Positions 25,329 to 35,951 of a DNA stretch of 64,000 nt are shown here, in pieces; positions within the stretch are counted from its first letter, which is position 1, and every line of letters begins with the position of its first letter. The notes under the pieces are model-generated. The model did no database searches and was not told the origin of the DNA. It saw nothing but the letters and a program-made list of their open reading frames with translations. The DNA is from Curvularia clavata (taxonomy: Eukaryota), in the NCBI GenBank assembly GCA_023920165.1, contig CP089274.1, positions 2,046,001 to 2,110,000 of the forward strand. Direction: 5' to 3'. The position numbers and the translations under genes are program-made.

Positions 25329-26710
25329 GCATTTAGTGTATATGGAATAGATGGAGCTAGCAGTGCCGGACTTTTTTTCTTTTCTGCACAGTATGAAGTA
25401 TCAAGATGCCAAACGCTATGGGGGATTTCAACGCTACGAGTGTGTATGAATGGATCCAATGGCTCTTCTGATACCATATCTGAAGTTACTTTCTCTTCAT
25501 CAATGAGTATCTGAACCGTCCGGCGGTTTTTCCGAGACAGTGAGAAGAAATGAAGTCAGACGCATGCGACACTTGTGCATCATCTCAACGGAATCTGTCC
25601 GCAGCGAGCGTCACTAACAGCGAGTACGTTTATGTGAACATTGAGGCTACAAGCTAGATACTTGGAAGGTACATTTGCAGTGGGAGACGTGGTGCATGTG
25701 GCGTGGTAGTATTTGAAATGCAAGTAGATTAAACGATAACAGAAACGAGATGGAAACGTGAGGAGCCACTGGCATGTGATGTGATGTGACGCGACGCGGT
25801 ATTGTAAATTGCGGGCTGAGAGTAAAACGCATGAATGCTGTTGCGCCACCAATGTCACCATCTCAGATACGATGGCCCAATAGGCTCGGGCCTTTCTATC
25901 GATTCTAACCATTCTTGGGCCGTACATGGTCATACATGGCTCTTTCCACGTCCAAGTGAGTTGATTTGTAAAATTTAGACAATGATAGTGCCGTTTAAGT
26001 AAGACATGCATTGCTGGACGCCGCATAGCATTGTGAGGTTATACTTTAATAGGCTCAATTCGGAAAGGTAACGATAATTGGAATTTTTGTACATGGGCCA
26101 CACATCACCTCATGTTGTGGAACCTGCCTACTTGCAAAGAGAAAAAGTTAGCGACAAGAGAAAACTCATGACCCATAGGAACATAACACCTGTCGTATCT
26201 TAGCCGTCGGCTAATGCCAAGGTGAAACATAGTCCGCGGGAGAATGGATAATTGGAGCTCTGCAGCGTTTGTTGCAGCAGTGTTTGAGGCTCAACTGTTC
26301 CTGGGGTCGACAGTAAGCGTGGAATCGGAAGCTATGCTGCTTTTGGCAGACGTGTTCCGTGGATTACGCAGGCCATGGATTTGGGAGAAGGTTCTGTTCG
26401 GGCGCAAAAAGGTAGCGGTTTGTAGAATGCCAATTGACAAGCACGACTATACAAGCAGAAGGTATGGTAGGGCATGCTGGTGATAGCCGTTATATTTTTG
26501 AGGTGTCATAGCGCATGAACAGCAAGGATGTTGCCGTGACCAGCATCGGTAGAGATGCCGAATGATATGTACAGGAACCGTACGCCAAAGGTCCATTGCC
26601 AGGGCCAGATTAATAGCAAACACGTGTTATAGCACCAAAATGTGCCTGTATGTAGTAGTATTGTGGGGTATAGCGGGGTGGTAGAGCGGGCGCCAAAATG
26701 CGCTCCATTT

Positions 26711-27643
26711 TCACTGTCTTCTGACCTCGTCGGGCGAGCACGAGTCGACGGGGGGTAGCAAGCGCTGGTAGGATTGCTCGCCCAGAATGGTCGACTCTCT
26801 GTGCTCCAAGAAGGTGCGTATGCGCTCGTCGCGGTCGCCGCTGGCGCTCAGGGTGGCGTTTCTGCTGCGGCGGTATTCCATGCTGGCCTCGCGATGAATC
26901 TGGTCGCGGCGCTCAATGACGGAATTGTTGAAGGTGGTGAAGCGGGTGCCCTGAACGACGCCGCCAATGCTAACAAAGGCGAAGAGGAGGGCCATGAAGG
27001 TAAAGTTTGACATTTGGATGGTGCGGGCGTGGGACGAGTCCTTGGCCCCGCTGTTCTCATAGTGCCAGCGCTCCCAGTCCTCCCATGTTGCATTGGTGCG
27101 CGGGTCGGTGGTCCAGCGGCGGGCGTCGTAGTGCCAGTCGTTGTGTCGAGGGGCGGCGGGCGTATGGTGGTGGCCTGCCCAGCCATGGCCCCAGGCATCA
27201 TACGCCTTACGTTTCTCAGCATCCGACAGGATGTCGTGGGCTGCCACGAGCATACGGTAGCGCTCGAGGCGCACGTGGAGCGGCAGCTGGGCTATAGCGG
27301 GGGATACATGGCCGTGGTCGGGGTGGTACAGCTTGACGAGGGCGTAGAAGCGGTGCTTGGTGTAGGCATCGCCCTTGCGGCACTGGAGGATCTGATAAGG
27401 CGTGGGTGTTTTATGCGGCCTCTCGGGCTCGGGCCACGTCAGCAGGTCGGCGTCATGGTGGTGGGCATAGCTGCGCCGCTGCTGGAGTTGTATATGCCTG
27501 TCGTGTTGGTGTTGGTGTTGGTGTCGAGGCCGAGTGAATGTATGACGGCATGACTGGCGCGGGCTGCTGCTACTGGTGCTGCTCGAGCAGAGCGAGTACG
27601 ACGACGACGAGAGCAGCAGCAGCGAGGGCTTCTTGGACAGCAT
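26711..27643 (-). CDS. JID1: J-domain (DnaJ) protein, JID1-like, probably mitochondrial, with one hydrophobic segment (~310 aa)
   Basis: Ser/Arg-rich presequence-like N-terminus. PTPYQIL..FYALVKLYHPD..AHDILSD..RKAYD, NATWEDWERW, TM-like FMALLFAFVSIGGVV. Confidence 0.82.
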   Translation of the reverse strand: MLSKKPSLLLLSSSSYSLCSSSTSSSSPRQSCRHTFTRPRHQHQHQHDRHIQLQQRRSYAHHHDADLLTWPEPERPHKTPTPYQILQCRKGDAYTKHRFYALVKLYHPDHGHVSPAIAQLPLHVRLERYRMLVAAHDILSDAEKRKAYDAWGHGWAGHHHTPAAPRHNDWHYDARRWTTDPRTNATWEDWERWHYENSGAKDSSHARTIQMSNFTFMALLFAFVSIGGVVQGTRFTTFNNSVIERRDQIHREASMEYRRSRNATLSASGDRDERIRTFLEHRESTILGEQSYQRLLPPVDSCSPDEVRRQ

Positions 27644-27883
27644 GGTCGGGCAGCGGGCGCCAGCAGCGGGCGCGCATTCTACAGACAAGAGTCAATGCGT
27701 GTCTGTCATGAGATGGCTGCGAGTGAATGGGCCCGCCCGACGGTCGTGTGGGGATGGTCGTGGATAGTGCATGGTGGCGCGGATCCATGTGGGTGCGCCG
27801 TGCCTCCGTCGGCGCTAGGCCGCTTGCAGCCACAGTGCGGCGCATGTCCGTCGCCCTGTCGCCCAGCGCCCGCCGCCCATACT

Positions 27884-27912
27884 TCGTCGTCGTCGTCGTC
27901 GTCGTCGTCGTC
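27884..27912 (+). repeat. (TCG)9 microsatellite in the divergent intergenic region
   Basis: Nine uninterrupted TCG units plus TC. Confidence 0.9.
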
Positions 27913-28437
27913 TCCTCTCCATCAGGTCCAAAAGGGCGTTGGACGACGCCGGCGTCGCAGCACCACAAGCCACCATGCATGCGCGGTCGCTTCCGCTCCC
28001 CTCCAGTTGCTCCGACCCGCACCCAGTGGAGCCTCGTGCTGCGCGACTCAGTCCCATGTTTGACGTGAACTCCTTCGTCCTTCGCTTGCGCATGCCGTGC
28101 CGGCTCTGCCCCTGCACCGACACAAACACCCGGGTCGCCATGCATGAACTGCTCCCTGCATTCGTGTCGTGTTCAACCCTCCAAGACCGGCCTGCCAGTG
28201 GGGTCGCGAGGGGCGTTGGCAGTCCGATCAAACAGACTCTGTTTGTTACCACCGAGTCTCGAGCGCCGTCCGTCTGCTCCCTAGTCCGTCCCAAGCCTTC
28301 ACTTCACTACGGTCCTTTCCGTCCCACGCTTGCATTTATACCTTGCTAACATCCCCCGGTGCTGGCCGCCACGCTCCCCCAAACTTGCCCTTACAGGTCA
28401 TCTCTGCAAGCCATTTGCCAACAAAGAAAAAAAAACA

Positions 28438-29602
28438 ATGGCAGCCTACCACCACGACAACCACCACCCCCGGGAGGGCTATCTTAACTTGACTCGCCGC
28501 ATGGAAAACGAAGAACAGGACCAGTTCAACGTCGATTTGACCATCCTCGACTTTCTCGTCTTCAAGGCGACCGGCCTGATCTTTGAGTGGAAGGCCAGCA
28601 GTGACCCCTACCATTCCGACTTGCCCAATGCCTTGGTCAACATGACTGCCGGTATGCCTATTTTGTTCTCGTTTGTGCTGAGCGGATCGTTGATGACAGG
28701 TAGATTGGAGAGTCTTTCTTGGCCATAGGCACCAAGGCCGTTGTCTGGATCCTCGGGCATCGTTCCGATCTCGCCTACTGCAGTTTGCTCTGATCTTCAC
28801 CCACCGCCTGCACCACTCCGAGACCTGGACGACAGAAGCATCGCTCAACAGTCTGCGAGAGCAGAACAAGAGCAGAGGCGAATACTGGCGGCAACGAACC
28901 CAGCATCCACCTGCTCTCCAACAGTCATTCGACCAGCAAAAACACTTCCCCCTTTCCGATGGTGCCCTGTACGAAAACCGCTGTGAACTTGCCTCTGCCA
29001 TGAGAATGCCTGCAGACCAAAGGAGGTGGGTGACAGATGTCGCCGGCACGCCTTCTCTCCACTGCCTTCTCCCCGTCTTCATTGATCTCACCGCTGCTCG
29101 CGTCAATCTCGACGACGACTGGGCACCCACGAGCGAATGGTTTGATCTAGCAGGTCAATTCATGCTCCAAGCTGTCATTGGCGAGTATCTGCGCAATGGA
29201 GCCTATGGTGACGAAACTTTCAATACCATCTTTTCCTACGGCTGTCCTGGTGTTGAGCGCTGGGCAGAAGAGCCTGCAGACGTACCTGCCATGCGGATAT
29301 TGTTCTGCGACCCAACCAATCCGAGACAGGAAAACAGCGAGTGGACTCGCATCAAGCGCCGCTACATCAACCAGCTATTGCCTAAGCATCGTTCTCAGTC
29401 GAGCCTGCAGGCAATGCAAGCGGCACAGCAACTGCACCCATATGCTGCATTTGAAGAGAAGTTGCTTGCCTTCTTGAAGAGTCTCCATGAGGGTCTCGTA
29501 AAACCAGACCTTGCCCAGGTCGAAGAGGGGCGCATCAACATCGACGGCAGTGAGTTGTCGGAAGCAGAATCAAGAGCCATGATCCAACGCATGGGCCTAT
29601 AA
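28438..29602 (+). CDS. Conserved-looking fungal hypothetical protein (~370 aa, 2 exons)
   Basis: A-rich ATG context. Intron 28652-28703 joins two ORFs in frame. Motifs DLTILDFLVF (LisH-like), WFDLAGQFMLQAV and KPDLAQVEEG. An additional upstream exon is possible. Confidence 0.8.
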
Positions 29603-30386
29603 AGCCTGGCACTTCTTTTCCACTTGGCTCTTTTTCTCTTTCTTCATTCGGCTTTCGGTTCAGCTTGCTCTCCCAATTTCCACCATCCAGTGGGCCTCTG
29701 GAAGGACTTTACTTTTTCCACTTCTTCCTCCTTCCATCTGTTGCAATCTCCACATGTTCGTCTTTTTTTTTCTCTGTGGAGATACCAACCTTCTTTTTCT
29801 CTCGGCCCCTGTTTTTGTTTCGGGCCAGATGGAGAAGCTCGACTCGATTGATTCGACTCGACTCGACGATCCGAACACTTTGTTCCTTCTCAATCTCCAC
29901 ATACCCACCCCCGTTGTCTTGATCCTTGTAGTATATTGTTTCCCTTCTGGGCTGCCATTCTATTGTCTATATGTAAGTTTTTTTTTCTCGCGAGCTTGTC
30001 TACGGGCAAATGTCGTCTTGTTTCTTTTCTGTTCTTTTAGGGAGGCGGTTGAGTGAGGCAGAGACAGACGTGCAGTGCACGGAGAGGAGTCTGCGAGAGG
30101 AAACAGGAAGCGAGGTTTCCTCAAATCACGTCTTAAACAAAAGTTACAATGAAAGCGCGTTTCGTATATATTGTCACTCCATGTATGACACAACCCCCTG
30201 CGTCTCACTACGTTGGCGATGCTCTTTACCATGACAAGATTGAGAGTGGTGAAAGCTCTTTTGTAATGAGGTTCATTATATTCAGAAGGCCTAAAGAATC
30301 CTCGCATAGAGAATTTACTTACAATGGAGCGGCATCATGAGAACCAGTCATGACATAGTAACAGTATATGTCAGCAGCACCAGAAG

Positions 30387-32840
30387 TTAGACTATGATGA
30401 TTCCTGTATGTAAACGCCATACGTCTCTCTTTTGTTCAAGGCTCTTCCTTTCCAGGGGACTTGACGACCATGCGAGTAAATGAGCATCTTCAACTACTTT
30501 GGGCTCTCTCGGATTGCGCTCCAAGATCCCAACTCGCTCGTACTTGCCCTCGTCGACCCTTTGTAGAACAAGCGATAAATCGTACGATCCTCCACCACGG
30601 GCCACAATTGCGTCATTCCACTCGATACAGAAATCTCCCACACATAGAAAGTGGTATTCCTTCTTATGCAACTCAGGCATGCGCGCGTACTTTGCAGCAG
30701 GGCCCACGCTGATATCGTAGTCTGGCACGAAAACCGCATTGTCGCCTAGAAACTCTACTTTCACCCGTCGGCGGGACAGCGTCTTATCTTCGGCCAGGTT
30801 CAGCGTGAATAAAAGAGGCGCACTTCGGGTATGGACTTCCAACCAGCCCGTCGTCACTTTGCCAAAAGGATTAATATCCGAGACGGGATGGCAAACGGCG
30901 CGGGTGATGAAGAATTCTGGGTGATATGATTTCAGCTTGCAGTGTTTGATCTTACCATCCACTGATGCCCACGACCAACTTGGTGCCTTGTACTGTGGTC
31001 TTTGCTGCCTAGGCTCAATTGTGTAGTCGGTACGCCATAGCAGATCCCCAGGTGAGGCCTTTTCCCAAAGCCCTGCTAGGTACTTGCTGTTCATGGCTTC
31101 TCCGACTTGACTCGCTATACCAGCTATAGCTGGTAGGCGATCGCTCTCTTCCGTCAGGTCCATGCCAGAGTAGTCGCTGAGAATGTGTCGCCACCTCCAG
31201 ATAACATCATTGTCGTCGTCGCGGGAAGGAATGTGGTCTTGTCTTGAAGGAAAAGGATGAGAAAGAGTATAGTAAGGCACCAAAATGCCTGGAGGGGGAG
31301 CTTGAAGAGGAGCAGCTTGAAGAGGAGCAGCTTGAAGAGGAGCAGCTTGAAGAGGAGCAACTTGAAGAGGAGCAGCTCGAGGAGGAGCAACTGGAGGTGT
31401 GCGGTTTTCTTTTCGCCGGAATCTTAAGAAGCGCTCTCGGGCTCTTCTGGGATTTGGAGAAGGCGAGGTAGGAGAGTCTGCACTTGCGAATGATCCAGAC
31501 ACAGGATCTGAAACGCAGGCTGTGTTGGTTGCAGCGTTCCCAGTGTTCATCATTCCAGTGACACCTGCCTTGATGCCCTGAGCCTCTTGACGCGGACCAA
31601 TGTTATTATCGATATGTTTCTGAAATCTATCGAACTCCGCAAAAACAGAATCCTGGATTGAATGTGCTGCATCGCTTGTTCTGGCATCATTTACAGCGAC
31701 AATGGTAGCATTGCTCTCAACGGGTTCAACATGACGAAAAATTTCCCAGTATTTCTGCTTGAGGCGTACCGAAGGGTCGAAGCAGGAGCATTGACAAGTG
31801 CTGGACTCTTGACATTCCCAGACCAGCTCTTTCTCGCAAAAATGAAGAACTCTAGGTGAGAGCAGCCTCTCCTGGCAGACCCATCCACGTTGTAGGAGAG
31901 GTGTTATCGCGTCCTGTTCGCCAATATGCGCTATCTTCTCGCGAACATAGAGATCAATTTCTACTGTGGTTGAATCCGGCTGCTTCAAAGAAAGTCGGTG
32001 GTCCTGATGGTAGAATGACCCTGCTGAGTAGCATCCATGCATCTCGCCCTCTGCATGGGTAGCAGCAATGGTGATGTACGCGTTTGTGTAGATCGAACTC
32101 ATCTTGGCTAATTCGCGCTGTTTATCGTTGTCGTCGTCCTGAATGATGCACAAAGAGTCGACCCATAGGTGTTGAAGACCTAAATCTTGTGTGATGAGAA
32201 TTGCTTCCTTGAAAGTCTTTGGCAAAGTCTTCCAATCTATGCTCTTTGCATGCGAAGCAACGTTTGATCGTTTTGTTACCAGAGCCGCGGGTTTGCTCCA
32301 ACGGTGACTTAGGCATGCATACTGCGCCTTCACACCCGGTGTGCTAAGCAATTTCACACTAGGGATTTCTCTCTCGCCCCGGCAGATCTCAAGTACTCGA
32401 TTAGGCAGTTTTGAGATGCTTCTTTCACCACAAGACGCGTGCGAGTCTATACACTGTCGCAAACGTTGCTTTGCCCAATCTATTGAAGCCGGTGCACGAG
32501 TATCTCCAGGGATTGCCGGTAGTATTCTAGCTCCTTCTAGCGGACTGTTCTTGCCTTTTGTATTGAAAAATTCCAAGCGAAGCTTAAGTGCACCGGCACT
32601 GAAGATTTCCATGTCTACAGCCCCGCCACTATCAATGTCACCACCCCAGACGTAGATGCGATCACGATCTTTGAGTTTCTCGAGTTTCGGTTCAAAGTAT
32701 CGAAGTCCTTGGAGCAGTAAGGAGCAGATAATGCATCCGTTGTTCGCCGATTGGATCAATGCCGCTTGGTTGCAATCAAATGTAAAGCGAAATTGACGCG
32801 GGCTGCGCTGAAAGTCGTTGCAAAGGTAACATTTGGGCAT
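30387..32840 (-). CDS. HET (heterokaryon incompatibility) domain protein, ~817 aa, intronless
   Basis: YACLSHRW, LPKTFKEAI, LWVDSLCIIQDD, MSSIYTNAYITIAAT, PLLQRGWVCQERLLSPRVLHF, DRLPAIAGIA, YLAGLW, APSWSWAS. Confidence 0.93.
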   Translation of the reverse strand: MPKCYLCNDFQRSPRQFRFTFDCNQAALIQSANNGCIICSLLLQGLRYFEPKLEKLKDRDRIYVWGGDIDSGGAVDMEIFSAGALKLRLEFFNTKGKNSPLEGARILPAIPGDTRAPASIDWAKQRLRQCIDSHASCGERSISKLPNRVLEICRGEREIPSVKLLSTPGVKAQYACLSHRWSKPAALVTKRSNVASHAKSIDWKTLPKTFKEAILITQDLGLQHLWVDSLCIIQDDDNDKQRELAKMSSIYTNAYITIAATHAEGEMHGCYSAGSFYHQDHRLSLKQPDSTTVEIDLYVREKIAHIGEQDAITPLLQRGWVCQERLLSPRVLHFCEKELVWECQESSTCQCSCFDPSVRLKQKYWEIFRHVEPVESNATIVAVNDARTSDAAHSIQDSVFAEFDRFQKHIDNNIGPRQEAQGIKAGVTGMMNTGNAATNTACVSDPVSGSFASADSPTSPSPNPRRARERFLRFRRKENRTPPVAPPRAAPLQVAPLQAAPLQAAPLQAAPLQAPPPGILVPYYTLSHPFPSRQDHIPSRDDDNDVIWRWRHILSDYSGMDLTEESDRLPAIAGIASQVGEAMNSKYLAGLWEKASPGDLLWRTDYTIEPRQQRPQYKAPSWSWASVDGKIKHCKLKSYHPEFFITRAVCHPVSDINPFGKVTTGWLEVHTRSAPLLFTLNLAEDKTLSRRRVKVEFLGDNAVFVPDYDISVGPAAKYARMPELHKKEYHFLCVGDFCIEWNDAIVARGGGSYDLSLVLQRVDEGKYERVGILERNPREPKVVEDAHLLAWSSSPLERKSLEQKRDVWRLHTGIIIV
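31301..31390 (-). repeat. Coding 15-bp minisatellite encoding (A/V)APLQ repeats in the HET gene
   Basis: Plus strand shows CTTGAAGAGGAGCAR x5 plus one degenerate unit, CTCGAGGAGGAGCAA. Confidence 0.92.
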
Positions 32841-33801
32841 GGCTGGACAAGAGTACAATGAGATGCACGAAACGAGCGGGCTCCAGGTTATAAAGTATAG
32901 TAAATGAGGTGCCTTCAGTCAGCCCCGGGCTGAGCCTCAGCTCATTGCCCCTCCTTAGAGTTCCGCAGCCTTGCAGCCACATCTCTGAATCTGGCCATGT
33001 AAATTTTCAGCCTTGCCTGCAACAAGCTCGTGACAATAGTTTCAAATCATAACACGAAGGAAAACAAGAATGAAATTAAGGTTGCTCAGAGCTGTCATTT
33101 ATCGCCGAAGAGCTGCATACTAAGCGAGCTCATCGAGGAAGGGCATGTGCCATCTGGTCCTCACGTGAGCCCCCCTTATTCTCTTATTGTAACAAGCGCT
33201 AATGACTGCGCTAACCTACTGAGTCTCTCCGGCAGGTCTGCGGCAAGCTTCACTTTGCTCTTGTGTTAATTGCTCTCCCTAGTACCAACACGGGCTCATG
33301 TAATCAAGGATTAGAAGTAGATAGAAGGCTCGAGACTCAAAATCTCTATGTAAGCCTTCTAGCCTTAGTCGGTTCAATCTATTCAAGGAGTTTCAAGTAT
33401 GAAAAGAAGTTTTGAGCTGGCTTTGGATGCAACATCTTCTTGCCTTCGCTGACTGCCCCTTTATTATATCATTACTTCCAAGCACGACACTCGCCTAATA
33501 TTAGGAACAACGCCTATCTGTAGATGTTTTTATATATTCCGTATTTATATACATTCCACTATCTTAATCTGTAAAAAGAGAGGGGTGTTCATGCGTCATG
33601 GAGGAATCATGAGCGTACTTCCAACTCATAAAAAAAAACACCAACAGCGATGCCAACACCTTACACGCCCACATACAAATAGATGCGGAAGAGGCGAGCA
33701 GACATATACACTCAAAACATGCCCTAAAAGGCGACTTCAACATTGCATAGCAGATTTGAGGTGGACGGAAACAGGACAATACGTCCGGAAGCGATCGACT
33801 T

Positions 33802-35589
33802 TTACAAAGCAGAGTACACCGCTGTGCAGCCTCTTCCACATTCGACCTTTTGTTCAAACTCGACCGTCCTACCCTTGAGCTTCACCTTATTCCTAGGTGT
33901 AATCTGGAATCGATGCATCTCCTTTTCTCGCAGCTGTTTGGCGAAGTTCCCTGCAATAGCAGACGCCGCTCTCTCCTGCTCTGCCTCCTGGTCGAGTGGC
34001 TGAATGTACGCTGGGGTAGAGAGATTACTCCTCTTTCCAGAGCCAATCTGATAGTACTCGTTGTTTCCCCAAAAGAGAATATCCCGGCCCCAATTGGTAT
34101 CATTTTCTGTGAGCCTCGATTTGCGGCCAGACACGGCGACACTAGCGACGTTGTCGAGGATGGCTGCAGCATGTGAAGCACCGACAGAGATGGTAGAAAG
34201 GCGGATAGGAATGGGCTTGTTATTTTTCTCATCCCACTCAAATAGACCGGAGAAGGCAGGGACCTTGACGGGCTCAGCTTGCGTGTGCACCCAGCGGCCA
34301 ATGCCGAGTTGGCCAGTAAGACCAAAGCCGAAAGCCCATGTATCTGCTGTTGTCCTGTTGCCTTTTGTTGCCTCAATGGCGAGGAAGGATGTGTTTCCAC
34401 CAGCGAAGACATTAGTCACCTTGCCTTGTTGACCCGAGTAGAACTTCTGAGTTGGCAACAGGGAAGGCGCATCGATACTTTGCGCTTCTGCGTTGAAGGG
34501 AAAACCAAGCTGGCCAGCCGTATTGTCACCAAAAGTAAAAGCACGTCCCTCTGAGTCGCATACTAGACTGTGGTAGTCGCCTGTTGCGATTCTCTTGATA
34601 GGGAAGCCCTTGAGTGTCGTGATCTCATGGGGAATGTCAAAGGCACCGGCCGGTCGGCTCTCCCATGTCAGTCCCGGTATGCCCAACTGACCTTTGCTAG
34701 GGAAGTTCTGGGAGCCCGAAGCAAAAGAAAAGACGCGGCCAGCCGAGGTAAGCATGAGCGCGTGCTCGAGGCCAGACCGGATGTCAATCACACGCTCGCT
34801 CCATCCCAGATTCTCAGGTGTGCGTTCGCGGTATGAAATGTCGTTGGAGCCACCCCAGAATGGGATCCAGGACTTTGACTTGGGTTTGGGACCCTCTTTC
34901 TGCTCCGTCTGGGATACAGGTACTGAGTACACCGAGCCGTTCTCAGCAAGGCCAATGATGCGGTCGCGTGAGATGGCTAACGATTTCAAATTCCGTCCTG
35001 TCAGAGTTTTCACCGGTTCCTTGACATCAGCCGCAAATGCTATGCCCCACTGCAGAAGGTCGCCCTTCTCGTCTATAGCCGCCCCAAAGTTCCTGTCCAG
35101 CTTGATATCTCGTAGCAGCTTTCCGTCGAAGTAGCTCAGCCGCCTCGGAGTCTTGATATACTTTTCATCTGAATCGGGCGCGACAACCTTTCCTGTGTTT
35201 GAGCCCCACGCATACACTCCAGGGTTTTCCCAGCTCTTGATCACCTGGAGGTGCTGAGAACTGATGATGTTCCGGTTGTCATCGCTTGATGTAGCCTGTC
35301 GCCGCGGGGCCTCAAACTCTAGCTCTGGTCCCTCAGGTTTCTCTGGTTCTTCGGCATGTGCGTCACGTAAAATTGACTGGCCGTTGCACCACTGCCATGC
35401 AGTGGCAGTGGCCCAGAGCGCACCGACGGTGGCGAGGGATCGGACAAAGTGCTGCTGCCGCCGCTGTGCGTATGGATGTGTAGCTGTTCGAACTTGGGAG
35501 CGCGGGGTTCTGGTTGCTATGTTCCTACATAGTCGCGGGGTGTGGCGCGTGGGCAGTGTCGCGCGCGAGACACATTTGGTACTGAGCAT
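33802..35589 (-). CDS. FMP25: Mitochondrial RCC1-repeat protein Fmp25 (595 aa); complex III assembly factor in yeast
   Basis: Presequence plus TM-like segment, SWENPGVYAWGSN, RCC1 repeats (SGLEHALML, ATGDYHSL, FGDNTAGQLG, WGNNEYYQIG). Confidence 0.87.
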   Translation of the reverse strand: MLSTKCVSRATLPTRHTPRLCRNIATRTPRSQVRTATHPYAQRRQQHFVRSLATVGALWATATAWQWCNGQSILRDAHAEEPEKPEGPELEFEAPRRQATSSDDNRNIISSQHLQVIKSWENPGVYAWGSNTGKVVAPDSDEKYIKTPRRLSYFDGKLLRDIKLDRNFGAAIDEKGDLLQWGIAFAADVKEPVKTLTGRNLKSLAISRDRIIGLAENGSVYSVPVSQTEQKEGPKPKSKSWIPFWGGSNDISYRERTPENLGWSERVIDIRSGLEHALMLTSAGRVFSFASGSQNFPSKGQLGIPGLTWESRPAGAFDIPHEITTLKGFPIKRIATGDYHSLVCDSEGRAFTFGDNTAGQLGFPFNAEAQSIDAPSLLPTQKFYSGQQGKVTNVFAGGNTSFLAIEATKGNRTTADTWAFGFGLTGQLGIGRWVHTQAEPVKVPAFSGLFEWDEKNNKPIPIRLSTISVGASHAAAILDNVASVAVSGRKSRLTENDTNWGRDILFWGNNEYYQIGSGKRSNLSTPAYIQPLDQEAEQERAASAIAGNFAKQLREKEMHRFQITPRNKVKLKGRTVEFEQKVECGRGCTAVYSAL

Positions 35590-35951
35590 GGTGCTGTGTG
35601 ATGAACGATAAGAGTGCGGGGTTTGGGCAGAGAACAGAGAAAAGACCCAAAGGTGTCGAGCGAAATCAAGAGAGTAACATGCGCAACATTTCCGGAGGTC
35701 CGACTGTGGCCACAGTATTGGTCATTGGGCACGCTCGATGGCTTCTTCACATCTCAGCAGCGGGATCGATGACGCTTCTAGATTTTGGCACTGGATCTTG
35801 TCTCCACCTGCTCGGGCTAGTTCCCATAGGGTTAGCGCCCTATGCTCTCCCCCACGACACGTAGACCGAGCTCCGACGTGCAAGCTTACGTATCCGCTCC
35901 TGCATGGACGGTTGACGAACCAACCTCCAATTCCCAATTGCGGCAAAAAAA

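Noticed and set aside
31244..31471. Plus-strand ORF with (LEEEQ)n repeats
   Set aside because: Antisense reading of the HET gene minisatellite.
2516..32840. Metacaspase plus HET gene as a cell-death or defence system
   Set aside because: They are about 26 kb apart with a dozen unrelated genes between them, and no NLR, gasdermin or amyloid-motif partner is visible.
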